38,395 nt of DNA, from positions 1 through 38,395 of the IMG/VR virus record IMGVR_UViG_3300037484_001209; one strand, written 5' to 3'. This stretch comes from a virus (lineage: Duplodnaviria; Caudoviricetes). Under the pieces are notes generated by a model. That model was not told the DNA's origin, did not search any database, and worked only from the letters and a program-made list of their open reading frames with translations. The position numbers were made by a program, and so were the translations under genes. Within the stretch, counting starts at the first letter, position 1. Each line of letters starts with the position of its first letter. This document shows, one piece after another, positions 1 through 9,636 of this stretch.

Positions 1-30
1 ATATTAATTCCGATTTTATTCTTTTGTTTT

Positions 31-765
31 TTATGCCGCAGCAAGATATGTAGCCGAGATCATTAGCTCACCCCCAGTGCTAACTTCTTGTACCAATAAA
101 GACGAAATGCCAACAGACGTATCCCAATTGTGTAAAATTATCGACGTGGAATTTACCTTCACATATCCGCAGGGCACGTTCCCAGCGGCAATTGCTAATC
201 CAAGTCCGTATCCTACTGTTATAGATGAATACACCCCCGCGTTTTCAGATACAAATGGTAAACCGTATATTATTATCGCCTTTGTTCCTATCATTGGTGC
301 GTAAGTGGTGGTCTCGATGCCTATTCTCAAATTTATTTGTACCAATCTTCCTATTTTTATATAATTTCCCACTTGATATCGATGATTTGCCGCCGATAAA
401 ATATTTCCTGAGATATCTCTAAATTCTGGTGTAAATGTTCCTTCCTCGTAATCATCTAAAGTGTTTACGTTGGCGGAGGGAACTTGAGCAGACGGAAAAG
501 TTATTCCCTTATTAGCGTATATTAATTCCGTGGATTTAAACGAACCACTGGTGGTAACCGAAGAAGACAGAATCAAATCTCCTGTTGAATTTATTATTTT
601 TCCGCGGACATCAAGATTCTGATTAACAAAAAAATTATCTGAACCTGTAACATAAAATTCAGGAACCAATATAGAAGAACTCAAAGACAATTTTGTAATC
701 TGTTTACCTGGCGCTGTAACGCCATAGTTTAAGGTTAAATTTTGATTCCTGCTCTTATTGACCAT
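31..765 (-). CDS. Tail fibre / virion-associated protein (244 aa)
   Basis: Contains NTLDDYEEGTFTP followed by YIKIGRLV...IYGLPF, a C-terminal module common in phage tail-fibre proteins. Last gene of the baseplate run. Confidence 0.7.
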   Translation of the reverse strand: MVNKSRNQNLTLNYGVTAPGKQITKLSLSSSILVPEFYVTGSDNFFVNQNLDVRGKIINSTGDLILSSSVTTSGSFKSTELIYANKGITFPSAQVPSANVNTLDDYEEGTFTPEFRDISGNILSAANHRYQVGNYIKIGRLVQINLRIGIETTTYAPMIGTKAIIIYGLPFVSENAGVYSSITVGYGLGLAIAAGNVPCGYVKVNSTSIILHNWDTSVGISSLLVQEVSTGGELMISATYLAAA

Positions 766-773
766 AAAATATA

Positions 774-3125
774 TTACGTTTCGTTTGTGTTTTTATCTGC
801 TTTAATTAACCTTCCCCATATGATAAGGTTTTTATTTTCTTCTGCCTGTCCTACGCGATGTTTTGCCTTCACGCGCGCCTCGCGTACATTTGTCAGTGGT
901 ATATCAATCGGAAACCCTATTTCCGTTATACTAAGATCTCCGTAGTTTATTGACTTTTTGTATTCTATATCCCGCAGAATTCCTTCAACCTTACTCCCAG
1001 AAACCAAATATTCTATAGCATGTTCAGGAGCATAACCAAGATTCTTTAGGGGTTTCCTCTCTACCATAATAATAACATCATCCAGTGTTCCACTAAACTC
1101 TTTTTTCACATAACAATATAGAGACAAATGATCATGCTCTGTTACGTTATAGCTAGTACCTGGTTGAAACTCTGTTGTCAGCTTACCTGAGCGCTCGCCC
1201 GCAGAAAAATCCCCAAAGCCTTTAATGAGACCTTCCGTGTCACTCTGGGATGGCCACATTACATGGACAACAGATCCAAAGTGATTTACCTGAATTATGC
1301 TGTCTTCTGTATTTCCTATTTTGCCTGTAGTTTGAGATCCCAAAATCATGCTTGGCATCTGGAAAATCCCACACGAATGTGGGAATTCTGCAATGTTGTT
1401 TTGCCAGTGTTGTTCTCGTCTATTTGGGTTTTCATTGATATTCACAAATTTTAAACTTTGATTTTCTACATCCTTAAAGTACTCTACGGCACCATTGGTT
1501 AGTTTTTGATAATAATCAAATTTAATGTTGTCAATGGTTTTGCTTGTCGCGGAACCGTCAGAAGACGACAATCTAACCCTAACATACCCAACAGGCGGAT
1601 GAGAAAGTAATCGACCCGTATTATAGCTTGAAGAAAGTCCGCCAGAAATAGAAGTTATAGAGCCATAACTAATATCAGACCAGGAAGTTTTACTTCCACT
1701 CAAATCATTTGTTACTATTTCTACAAAGTCAGAAAATTGACCATCATAGTCGAAATCCAGAGAAAAATTGTATGTGGAGGCTTCTCTTTTCGAGAGATTG
1801 AAAAGGGAAGACATTTGCGAATCTGAAAATTCATACCCACGAACAGAATCTTTAAATTTCAAACCATAAACCAGTTCACACGGATAAGCCGCCTTGAATT
1901 TACTTTTGTCTTGATTGAGCAAACTCTGGAGGGACAGACTATAGATAGAGCCAGTGTTGTTTGTCCCTACTGCAAATAGCAAATTTTTATATTTATCCGT
2001 CACAACAAAACCGTAAGAACTTTGATATATTGGGTTGTTACATACGTTTTTCCAGTAATCGCCGTTGCTAGAGGAATTCACATACCCAGCACCTCCAGCA
2101 AGTAGCCATAAATTATTGTCATAGTCCTCCTTGATGTAATTTACTCCAACAATAAATGCAGCAAGAGAATAAAAACTAGACTGTTCCCACGATCCACTCA
2201 CTCCACCAGCCGTGGAGAGAAAAAGCCCATCGCCAGAGTACGTCCAAAAAAAACCATTACTATCAAAGTAAAGAACGTTATCGTTACCGTTAAAATGGTT
2301 CGGATAATAGAAGTTATCCACCCATGAGCCAGAGCCGTACAGGGGGGCAGAAAGAAGGGATCCGCTTAAACCAACTCCCCACGTATTAAATTGGTAATTT
2401 TTCATCGCGGCGACAGACAAGGTACTTCCGCTGTATAGGAACCCGTGACAGGTAATTTCTGTAGGGCAGTAAATCGAATTTATTTTTTCGAATGTACCAG
2501 CAGCGCCGCCCTGGCTGGAGGTGAAGATATTAAACTCTACCTTATTGTGCGCGACTGCGCCGAGGGCAATAATATTCTCGTCATCTTGATTTATATCGAA
2601 TTTGAAATCATTCATAAAATCCACACCAGACAGACCATCGTTGCCCCTATCAGTGAGAGCCGAGGAAGATTGAAAAACTAGATCCCAAGATACCCCCTCA
2701 TTGGAGGAATAAAACAAAACTACAGATTGATCGGCGGCGAGGTTTTGGTAGGATCCTGACTTTCCGAGAACATAAATTTCTCCAGCGGAATTTAATTTTA
2801 TATCGTGGAATGCCGCGCTACATTGTGTTTTAACAATATCCCAGTTATCACCGTCATCTACGCTCTTAGCTATAAATCCATAGTAACCAACCAATCCTAT
2901 CGAATATATAATCCCTAAATCTTTATTTGTTGCTATATTATAAACTGCGGCGTCTACCACATCAGAAGATGTGGAATATACAGAAAACAATGAACCAGTC
3001 ATGGATGCCCGAGCGGAGAGTTCAATGTATTTTTTATTGTTAGAAAAATAATGTTCTTGATCTATCGAAGAGTCTACACTCTTTATCCTAAAACCGTTAC
3101 CTAGCTTTTTGTTAACAAATGACAT
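774..3125 (-). CDS. Virion structural protein with BNR/Asp-box beta-propeller repeats (783 aa)
   Basis: Asp-box-like repeats KSVDDGDNW, YSSNEGVSW, SSSNGDYW, STAGGVSGSW. Ser/Gly-rich and located in the baseplate operon. Confidence 0.65.
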   Translation of the reverse strand: MSFVNKKLGNGFRIKSVDSSIDQEHYFSNNKKYIELSARASMTGSLFSVYSTSSDVVDAAVYNIATNKDLGIIYSIGLVGYYGFIAKSVDDGDNWDIVKTQCSAAFHDIKLNSAGEIYVLGKSGSYQNLAADQSVVLFYSSNEGVSWDLVFQSSSALTDRGNDGLSGVDFMNDFKFDINQDDENIIALGAVAHNKVEFNIFTSSQGGAAGTFEKINSIYCPTEITCHGFLYSGSTLSVAAMKNYQFNTWGVGLSGSLLSAPLYGSGSWVDNFYYPNHFNGNDNVLYFDSNGFFWTYSGDGLFLSTAGGVSGSWEQSSFYSLAAFIVGVNYIKEDYDNNLWLLAGGAGYVNSSSNGDYWKNVCNNPIYQSSYGFVVTDKYKNLLFAVGTNNTGSIYSLSLQSLLNQDKSKFKAAYPCELVYGLKFKDSVRGYEFSDSQMSSLFNLSKREASTYNFSLDFDYDGQFSDFVEIVTNDLSGSKTSWSDISYGSITSISGGLSSSYNTGRLLSHPPVGYVRVRLSSSDGSATSKTIDNIKFDYYQKLTNGAVEYFKDVENQSLKFVNINENPNRREQHWQNNIAEFPHSCGIFQMPSMILGSQTTGKIGNTEDSIIQVNHFGSVVHVMWPSQSDTEGLIKGFGDFSAGERSGKLTTEFQPGTSYNVTEHDHLSLYCYVKKEFSGTLDDVIIMVERKPLKNLGYAPEHAIEYLVSGSKVEGILRDIEYKKSINYGDLSITEIGFPIDIPLTNVREARVKAKHRVGQAEENKNLIIWGRLIKADKNTNET

Positions 3126-3155
3126 TATTTATTTATTCCGTTTTTTAGTGTATAG

Positions 3156-6100
3156 TTAATTGTTGTTTCTATCTTTGTCTGCTAATATGTTTTTAGTGTA
3201 ATAATTTTTGAAGTTTAAAGATTCTTGAGAATCTTTATTGTCAATTAAGGTACTTCCGTTAATCTTTTGAGCATAAAAAGACGGCCTATATGTATTGATA
3301 ATTGGAGTAGTCGCCTGGAAGAGTGTACCCGTAATATTCAAACTAGCGGAGGCCAAAAGAGAAGGAATGCCAAGTAACCCCTCGCCCTCGCCGCCCAAAA
3401 TGGCGGCGAGGGCGAGGTTGTAATTACTTACACAAGAAGCATAAATATACTCACCTCCCTCTGACGAGTTTACGGAAGGTATAAAATTACAAATATTGTT
3501 TTGAGAAATTAAATTAACATCTTTATTACTTAATTTAATTTCATGAAGTGAAGAGCCAGCGACAATATTATAAGCAAGGAACTGATCAGAGTCAAGAACG
3601 TGAGCGCCAAATATTAAGTACTGTTCGCCAGAAGAATAATCTTTAATCAGTTTCGCGGAATCGATAGAACTAACCCCAGGCGTGCCATATTGATAAAAAT
3701 CTAATAACGTATTTCCTGAATCTTCAGATTTTAATATCACACCTATTGAAGGGAGTACTAATTCTCCATAGAAATATAAAACACTTGAATCTTTTTCTTT
3801 TTCTGCCCCATTTAGAGTGTAGAGACTAGAGGTGAAAACAGTAGACCAACTAGATCCACCATTAATCGTAGTTCTAATAATCCCATACTGATCGTTGAAA
3901 TTGCTTCCAACTACAACAATATTATTTTCATCCACGCATACGATATTTCTTGGACGCTCTTGAGGACACAGCACACCGTCTGTTCCTGGATAGAAAATCA
4001 TATCGCTCGTTCCCCACGAGCCCGTAATTCCAAGCGAAGAGGATCTTACAACCCATGCAGATCTATTAGCTGCGCCAGATAAAAACATACCATCGCCAGC
4101 GCAATACAATTTTCCAGAAGGAGCAATACTTAATGACCTTGCCGTGGACGTATAAGAAGTACCCGAGCTGGGCATAAAAATGTCAACAGATCCCCACGAC
4201 CCCGAGGCGCCCCCAAGAGAAGATGACCTTACACAAAAAGATCTGCTTAGTTGCCCGCACGCATAAATTGTATCGTCTGAATCGTTCAGCGTGAAAGCAC
4301 GTACAGCATCAAAAAGATAGCTCTCATATCCGAATAATACGTCATTAGACAACGAGGAAAAAACGTTCCCCACGATAGGATAAGGCCGACCCTGATCTAC
4401 AATTTCCCACGGTGAACCAGATCCAGATCTGTAAATGGTCCACTGGCCATCGTGGCCCTCACTAGAAGGAGACACCATGGTTCCCCCCACAAACAAATAA
4501 AAACCGCTAGAAAAAACAGCATAAGGAGTAAAGGACCCGCTATTAAAATCTAAAGCCTTGAATGTAAATTTGTGTGCAGGATCGGTCGGCTTTGAATTTC
4601 TCCAATCCTTTGATGCGCCATCGGCAAATGTCGATACCATCCTGCTCTGTATTGACGCATCAATAGCCACCGACGACTCCCGTGGGAGCGTAAAAATACC
4701 ATCAACAGTGTGCTTTGTATCGCTTTCGTAAGCAGATCGAACCTGTGTACCTTTTGTGGCGTTGGTGTCTGCGAAGTAATTCATGTTGTTCGCAGAGATG
4801 ACCGACGAAGCACTAATCGCAGCTTCAGGTATTTCTACTGGGGTTCGGAAAATCGGATATTTGTAGCCGTACCGTGGGCGTTCGAGAAAATGGCTTTCAA
4901 CCACATGTTCGCCGCCGACGAATTTCACCCTGGCAGGGAGAAGTTGTTTGATTGAATCGCTGATCTTTCTGTCAAACCACTTAAATAGTTCAAAAAATGC
5001 CGTAAAATGGACGCTATCACCTAATCTTTCAAAATAAATCCTTCTATACGCTTCCAGATCAGCATACTCGTCTCTATACTTATTTACAGGATTTCCTATT
5101 GCCTCATTCAAGACATCAAATGTAGAAAATATTTTTGTAATATCTTTATTTAGCGCATCAACCAAGCTAAATTCCAGCGAAACTTCATTCGTATCATCTG
5201 CAAGATCTTGAATTGATAATTCAGTTTTGTTTCTGATTCTTATTTTGTTTTCTGTCCAGCGCAGATCCACAGACGGACTCAGATGACTATATTCAAGCAA
5301 AAATTTCTTGTATGGGTTGTGGTTCCCCAGAAACATAGAGCCTGTGGCCGTATGGCCGTTTCTAGACAAATCTAAAACACCATTGAGGTTACCAGCGGTG
5401 TCGGTAATTACATTTTCTCCCAGGGGCCAGTGAGCGCGTAGAGGGTGCGGTGTCTCAGCTGGATTATTGGTTCCAACGCTAAGGAAATTTAATGCATGAT
5501 CATTCATTTCGGATGAAGACAATTGACGATTCCAATATCTGTATTCCCCCATAAATCCCTGGGCAGGGAACTGGAACAGGGAACCAGACGATGCACCCAT
5601 AATAAAATCAAATTCATCAGTCAACAACTCCACAAAAGCGCCCGTCATGGCAGAAGAACCGATGAACGATGAACTGAAATCCAATTCACCATTTCTAGTA
5701 GTTCTAACTTCGATAAACGGCATTGCTGTAGGGGAAATACCTGCAACAAGATAAACTATATCGCCATTAAATACTGGCACAGACGATCCAGAGAAGAAAT
5801 ATCCATCGCTAGATGTTAACATGAACTTTCCAGAAGTGGATCCTAGTGTGTCAACATTCCACAGCAACGATACAGAAGAGCTAGCACCAGCAGGATCCAC
5901 AAATTGCCATACAGCGCCAGTCAGTAGACTGGCCGCATAACTTGCAGAAGCGAATGGTAATTGTATTGTGGTTTCGACTGTATAACTACCGTTAGTGACC
6001 GCGCCCTGCACGGATGGAACCTTAATGAAACTTGAGCTTAAACTCCCAGTCCCGAAGCCCATCAGGGATGTAACTTTTTCTTTATTTATTCTTTCATCAA

Positions 6101-8252
6101 TAACAGATCCGCCAGGAAGGTAGCCGTATTCTTTAATGTTAATATTTTCTTTGTTGATCCCTAGCACGTTAAAAAACGCATCCAAATTGTTCCGTTTACC
6201 CTTTGTCGCCAAAAGGTACGGGAGGTTGTTTAAAATTCTTCTCCAAAATTGATTTCTGATCTCATACAAGGGAACTTCCAAGCTTCCAGAAGCCAAAACT
6301 CCATCGCCAAAAAAGAATTCAAGAGGATTGGCATCTCCAAAATGCTCCGTTATTTTCCATCCAAAATATTTCGTTAAATTAGGCAAAAATAAGTCTGGAG
6401 TATCGCCCGCATTATCATAATTTGTGACCTTTAAATTACCGAATTGATCAATGTAGAGCTTTAATTCATCGAAAAATCTAGCCATTGCCAAGCTAAAAGA
6501 AGTTAAGATGTTTTCTTGTTTTAAATCTTCTTCTATCACTCCGATAGAAATCAAATTGAAAATATAATTGTTATTATTTGTATCGTATAATGATGCAGAA
6601 AGTACCAAACTCGCACTAAATTGCAAAACATCAGGATGAAAATTGTACAAAATAGGGTCTCCAGGATCTGCGGTATACGCAGCACCTGAGACGCGAGAAG
6701 TGGAAGAATTATAATTTACAATTTTACCATGAATTCCATTTTTAGAATAGTCTATGACCAAAGAATCAACAGAATCTACATCAGTAACGCCTTCGTTAAA
6801 TTTATAATATAATGAAACATAGCTATTAGAATCAATGGGTCTGCTGTAGTTTTTAGAGTAAAAAAGACTACTTGCAGTGTGTAAAACCATAACATTATCA
6901 ATCGAACCAGAATACATATCGAAAGAAGAAGAGGCATGATACAGAGTGCTACCACTGCCAATGAAAATTTTATTTGGTATCTTCTCAATCGGACCATAGC
7001 TTATGAGTGCGGAGTTTTTGCATTGGTTATTAACAAAAAGTGAGGCAACTTGGCCATCATAAATGGCACCAACAGAATTAAAACTGGAAGTGAAAGAAGA
7101 ATAAGAACAACTCAGGGAAATTTTCTCTGACCCCGAAAAGAAATCAAATTTCAAATAAGAATCGGCGGCGCCAGAAAAATACAACTCATAGCCAATCTTG
7201 TTGTCCAAATACCCCGTCAAGGGTGTTTTTACATAATTTATCGATATTTCATTGCTTGATAAAACTTCCGATAATTGAGCACCCAAAATATAAGTATTGA
7301 CAGTAGAATTATCACCAACAAATGTCCTATCTGAATCGCCCGTGGCAGGACCTACGTTATAATCGTGCAACCCTGTGCCTGCGGCCAGAAAAAGGCCAGA
7401 ACACCTGTACCAGCCATTCCCGACAGATTCAATGTAAATTTCATCGAACGGGCCCGCAGAGCCCACTACCCCACTTATAAGATCAAAATACGCTTCGGCG
7501 CCCGCTATCCCCACCACATCCATATGAATCCAGGGTTTATTGCCTGGCTTGGCGTACACAGAAAAAAGATACTCAGCGCCAACCGTTAATTGCCGAGCTT
7601 GGCTTACGAAATGCTCGGACGATACACTATTGGCCACCAAAGAAACAGAATCCGTGTTGCCAAAAGGATCCAGTATGCCCGCATCCAATGACGCAGTAGT
7701 ATTATATTTCACCCAATTATCTGTATCAAAATTTTCCGAAGCGGAAAGTAAATTTTGATATTTAACGGTGTCAATCAATACTGGGTTCATGCCGTTAATG
7801 ATAGGGTTGACCCACGCAGATACCTGGAGTGATGATGAACCCAACAGCAGTGAGTTATTTACGTCGGAAGCACTAATATATTGGTCAATTCCATCAAGCT
7901 CTATATACCCTACATGTCGTGGCCACTGATCAAAAACATACTTTTCATACCCAGATCCCGTCAAATGAAACGCATCTTTTTCTTCCGTAGACCCGTTGTA
8001 AGGATAGTCATTTAAGATTTTCTTTTTTGCAATTTCAAATTTTGAAACAGCCGAATCAAAAAAAACATGGTTAGAAAAATCAGAATAATCTATCCTAAGT
8101 TCAGTTTTCGTCTTACTTTCAAGTAATCTTTTTATTTTTTCTCTTTCTTCTATGAAATCACCAAGATCATCAAAAGATAAAGTCGGCGAGGCGAAAGAAT
8201 TCCTGGCTTTAAGCTCTGGATTTACTAACTTTAAATTAGTTTTTCGATCCAT
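3156..8252 (-). CDS. Large multidomain baseplate wedge/receptor-binding protein: LamG-like domains, wedge (P2 gpI / T4 gp7-like) segment, C-terminal beta-propeller (1698 aa)
   Basis: LamG signatures (IELDGIDQYI...VSAWVNP; AIYDGQVASLFVNN...YSGSIDNV; YYKFNEG; EYRYWNRQLS; AHWPLGE). Wedge-like segment LPNLTKYFGW...FWRRILNNLPYLLATKG. Asp-box-like repeats near the C-terminus. Lies downstream of gp6. Confidence 0.7.
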   Translation of the reverse strand: MDRKTNLKLVNPELKARNSFASPTLSFDDLGDFIEEREKIKRLLESKTKTELRIDYSDFSNHVFFDSAVSKFEIAKKKILNDYPYNGSTEEKDAFHLTGSGYEKYVFDQWPRHVGYIELDGIDQYISASDVNNSLLLGSSSLQVSAWVNPIINGMNPVLIDTVKYQNLLSASENFDTDNWVKYNTTASLDAGILDPFGNTDSVSLVANSVSSEHFVSQARQLTVGAEYLFSVYAKPGNKPWIHMDVVGIAGAEAYFDLISGVVGSAGPFDEIYIESVGNGWYRCSGLFLAAGTGLHDYNVGPATGDSDRTFVGDNSTVNTYILGAQLSEVLSSNEISINYVKTPLTGYLDNKIGYELYFSGAADSYLKFDFFSGSEKISLSCSYSSFTSSFNSVGAIYDGQVASLFVNNQCKNSALISYGPIEKIPNKIFIGSGSTLYHASSSFDMYSGSIDNVMVLHTASSLFYSKNYSRPIDSNSYVSLYYKFNEGVTDVDSVDSLVIDYSKNGIHGKIVNYNSSTSRVSGAAYTADPGDPILYNFHPDVLQFSASLVLSASLYDTNNNNYIFNLISIGVIEEDLKQENILTSFSLAMARFFDELKLYIDQFGNLKVTNYDNAGDTPDLFLPNLTKYFGWKITEHFGDANPLEFFFGDGVLASGSLEVPLYEIRNQFWRRILNNLPYLLATKGKRNNLDAFFNVLGINKENINIKEYGYLPGGSVIDERINKEKVTSLMGFGTGSLSSSFIKVPSVQGAVTNGSYTVETTIQLPFASASYAASLLTGAVWQFVDPAGASSSVSLLWNVDTLGSTSGKFMLTSSDGYFFSGSSVPVFNGDIVYLVAGISPTAMPFIEVRTTRNGELDFSSSFIGSSAMTGAFVELLTDEFDFIMGASSGSLFQFPAQGFMGEYRYWNRQLSSSEMNDHALNFLSVGTNNPAETPHPLRAHWPLGENVITDTAGNLNGVLDLSRNGHTATGSMFLGNHNPYKKFLLEYSHLSPSVDLRWTENKIRIRNKTELSIQDLADDTNEVSLEFSLVDALNKDITKIFSTFDVLNEAIGNPVNKYRDEYADLEAYRRIYFERLGDSVHFTAFFELFKWFDRKISDSIKQLLPARVKFVGGEHVVESHFLERPRYGYKYPIFRTPVEIPEAAISASSVISANNMNYFADTNATKGTQVRSAYESDTKHTVDGIFTLPRESSVAIDASIQSRMVSTFADGASKDWRNSKPTDPAHKFTFKALDFNSGSFTPYAVFSSGFYLFVGGTMVSPSSEGHDGQWTIYRSGSGSPWEIVDQGRPYPIVGNVFSSLSNDVLFGYESYLFDAVRAFTLNDSDDTIYACGQLSRSFCVRSSSLGGASGSWGSVDIFMPSSGTSYTSTARSLSIAPSGKLYCAGDGMFLSGAANRSAWVVRSSSLGITGSWGTSDMIFYPGTDGVLCPQERPRNIVCVDENNIVVVGSNFNDQYGIIRTTINGGSSWSTVFTSSLYTLNGAEKEKDSSVLYFYGELVLPSIGVILKSEDSGNTLLDFYQYGTPGVSSIDSAKLIKDYSSGEQYLIFGAHVLDSDQFLAYNIVAGSSLHEIKLSNKDVNLISQNNICNFIPSVNSSEGGEYIYASCVSNYNLALAAILGGEGEGLLGIPSLLASASLNITGTLFQATTPIINTYRPSFYAQKINGSTLIDNKDSQESLNFKNYYTKNILADKDRNNN
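3380..3417. repeat. Perfect 16-bp GC-rich inverted repeat with 6-nt loop, inside a CDS
   Basis: CCTCGCCCTCGCCGCC (3380-3395), loop CAAAAT, GGCGGCGAGGGCGAGG (3402-3417). The arms are exact reverse complements. Confidence 0.95.
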
Positions 8253-8253
8253 A

Positions 8254-9636
8254 TTAGACTACCTTGAACAAAAATTCATCTTCTAAAATCTTCTTTTCTC
8301 GCTGATTCACATCAATAAGAAATCTTAATCTGTATACAAACCCAGGTACAAAACTTTTCATACAAATATTAAAGTAATTTCCATTTCCATCATAAGAAAG
8401 TTGAGTATACGGTACAGAACCAGTGCCAAACGGAACAACCACTTCCCCAGTATCATCGTTCATTATACTATAGTACATCTTTTCTATACAGTCTTTTGAT
8501 ACATCCAAAGATGCACTTGATACATACCCTCTATGAGATATTCTGCTCTTTTTTCTTACATTCGTTTTAATGCGTGCTTCTTCTTCGGTTCCGTATACTC
8601 TTTTTAAGTTTGTAATATTCACAACAAATTCCTCATATTGATCAACAGAAGACCCAGTTAAAATCAACGGAGTAAAATTGCCAGTCATATACACTTTTGA
8701 ACCAGAATACCAGATATCATAAAAAGAAGAAGAAAAGCTGCTTGTGCTGGAAATATAAACGGAAGCACTCAAAATTCCAGTAGCTACCTGGTATGTGGAA
8801 AATGTCTGAGAATAGCTTGCCGAAGTGCCAATTAGATGATCTTGAATTTTGACAGTAACAGGATCTGAAACAGTGGCTAGGTCGCCCCTGATGAAGTTGT
8901 ATAACAATAATTTGTTTTCTATATCAAATCCGAAATTTTTCCTATTATCCTTTAGTATATCACCCCACCGAGCCTCAATATATGGCAACTTATCTATGTA
9001 TTTTGATTCTCTTCCGTGAAATTTTTTCACGTAATAATCAACAGAATTAGACTCTTCCGTGTCTCCAAGCTTCAGTTCGAGACCATTGTTGGCCAATCCC
9101 CCAGTAAGCCAGGAATTAACCATACTAGTGACATTCACCTCTAAATCTTCATCGCCTACGTCAAAATGTTGAGATCCGCTACCATAACCAGAATTCAAAA
9201 AATCAGAGCCAGTCAACACCCATGCAGCGGTAGAACTTGCGCTCATCCAGTTTGCATAGCCGTCATCCCTAAATTTAGAATCGTCCATCCCTCGACCTTC
9301 ATCCCAGCTTCTAGAGATGGGAAAAATAAATAAATCATAACTCGAAGGAACGGTGCTGTCGTGTTTCATGTCATACATTTTTAAAAGATATGACACGCTG
9401 GATGATGGTATGGATTTTTCTTCGAAAATTTTACCAGACAACTCGGTGATATTAAACTGCAACAAACTCCTAGCAAGCTCAACGCTGCCAGAGGTTATTT
9501 TATTTTTAAGCGAAAAAACATTAAGTGCAGGGCTAAAGCCGTGATTACTTCCTGTAGCCAAGGACGCCGCTGTACCATTTATGGACTTGTTAGTAATCCA
9601 TGAATCTTTTTGACTATAAATGCGATACCATCCCAT
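8254..9636 (-). CDS. Baseplate-associated structural protein, DNRLRE-like beta-sandwich (460 aa)
   Basis: ARSLLQFNI...FPISRSWDEG...LEVNVTSMVNSWLTGGLANNGLELK...KFHGRE...PYIEARW pattern resembles DNRLRE-type domains. Translationally coupled to gp6. Confidence 0.55.
   Translation of the reverse strand: MGWYRIYSQKDSWITNKSINGTAASLATGSNHGFSPALNVFSLKNKITSGSVELARSLLQFNITELSGKIFEEKSIPSSSVSYLLKMYDMKHDSTVPSSYDLFIFPISRSWDEGRGMDDSKFRDDGYANWMSASSTAAWVLTGSDFLNSGYGSGSQHFDVGDEDLEVNVTSMVNSWLTGGLANNGLELKLGDTEESNSVDYYVKKFHGRESKYIDKLPYIEARWGDILKDNRKNFGFDIENKLLLYNFIRGDLATVSDPVTVKIQDHLIGTSASYSQTFSTYQVATGILSASVYISSTSSFSSSFYDIWYSGSKVYMTGNFTPLILTGSSVDQYEEFVVNITNLKRVYGTEEEARIKTNVRKKSRISHRGYVSSASLDVSKDCIEKMYYSIMNDDTGEVVVPFGTGSVPYTQLSYDGNGNYFNICMKSFVPGFVYRLRFLIDVNQREKKILEDEFLFKVV

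Noticed and set aside
3156-3420. Diversity-generating retroelement target next to the GC hairpin
   Set aside because: No reverse transcriptase or template repeat is visible in the window, and the hairpin lies within the CDS, not after a recognisable variable repeat.
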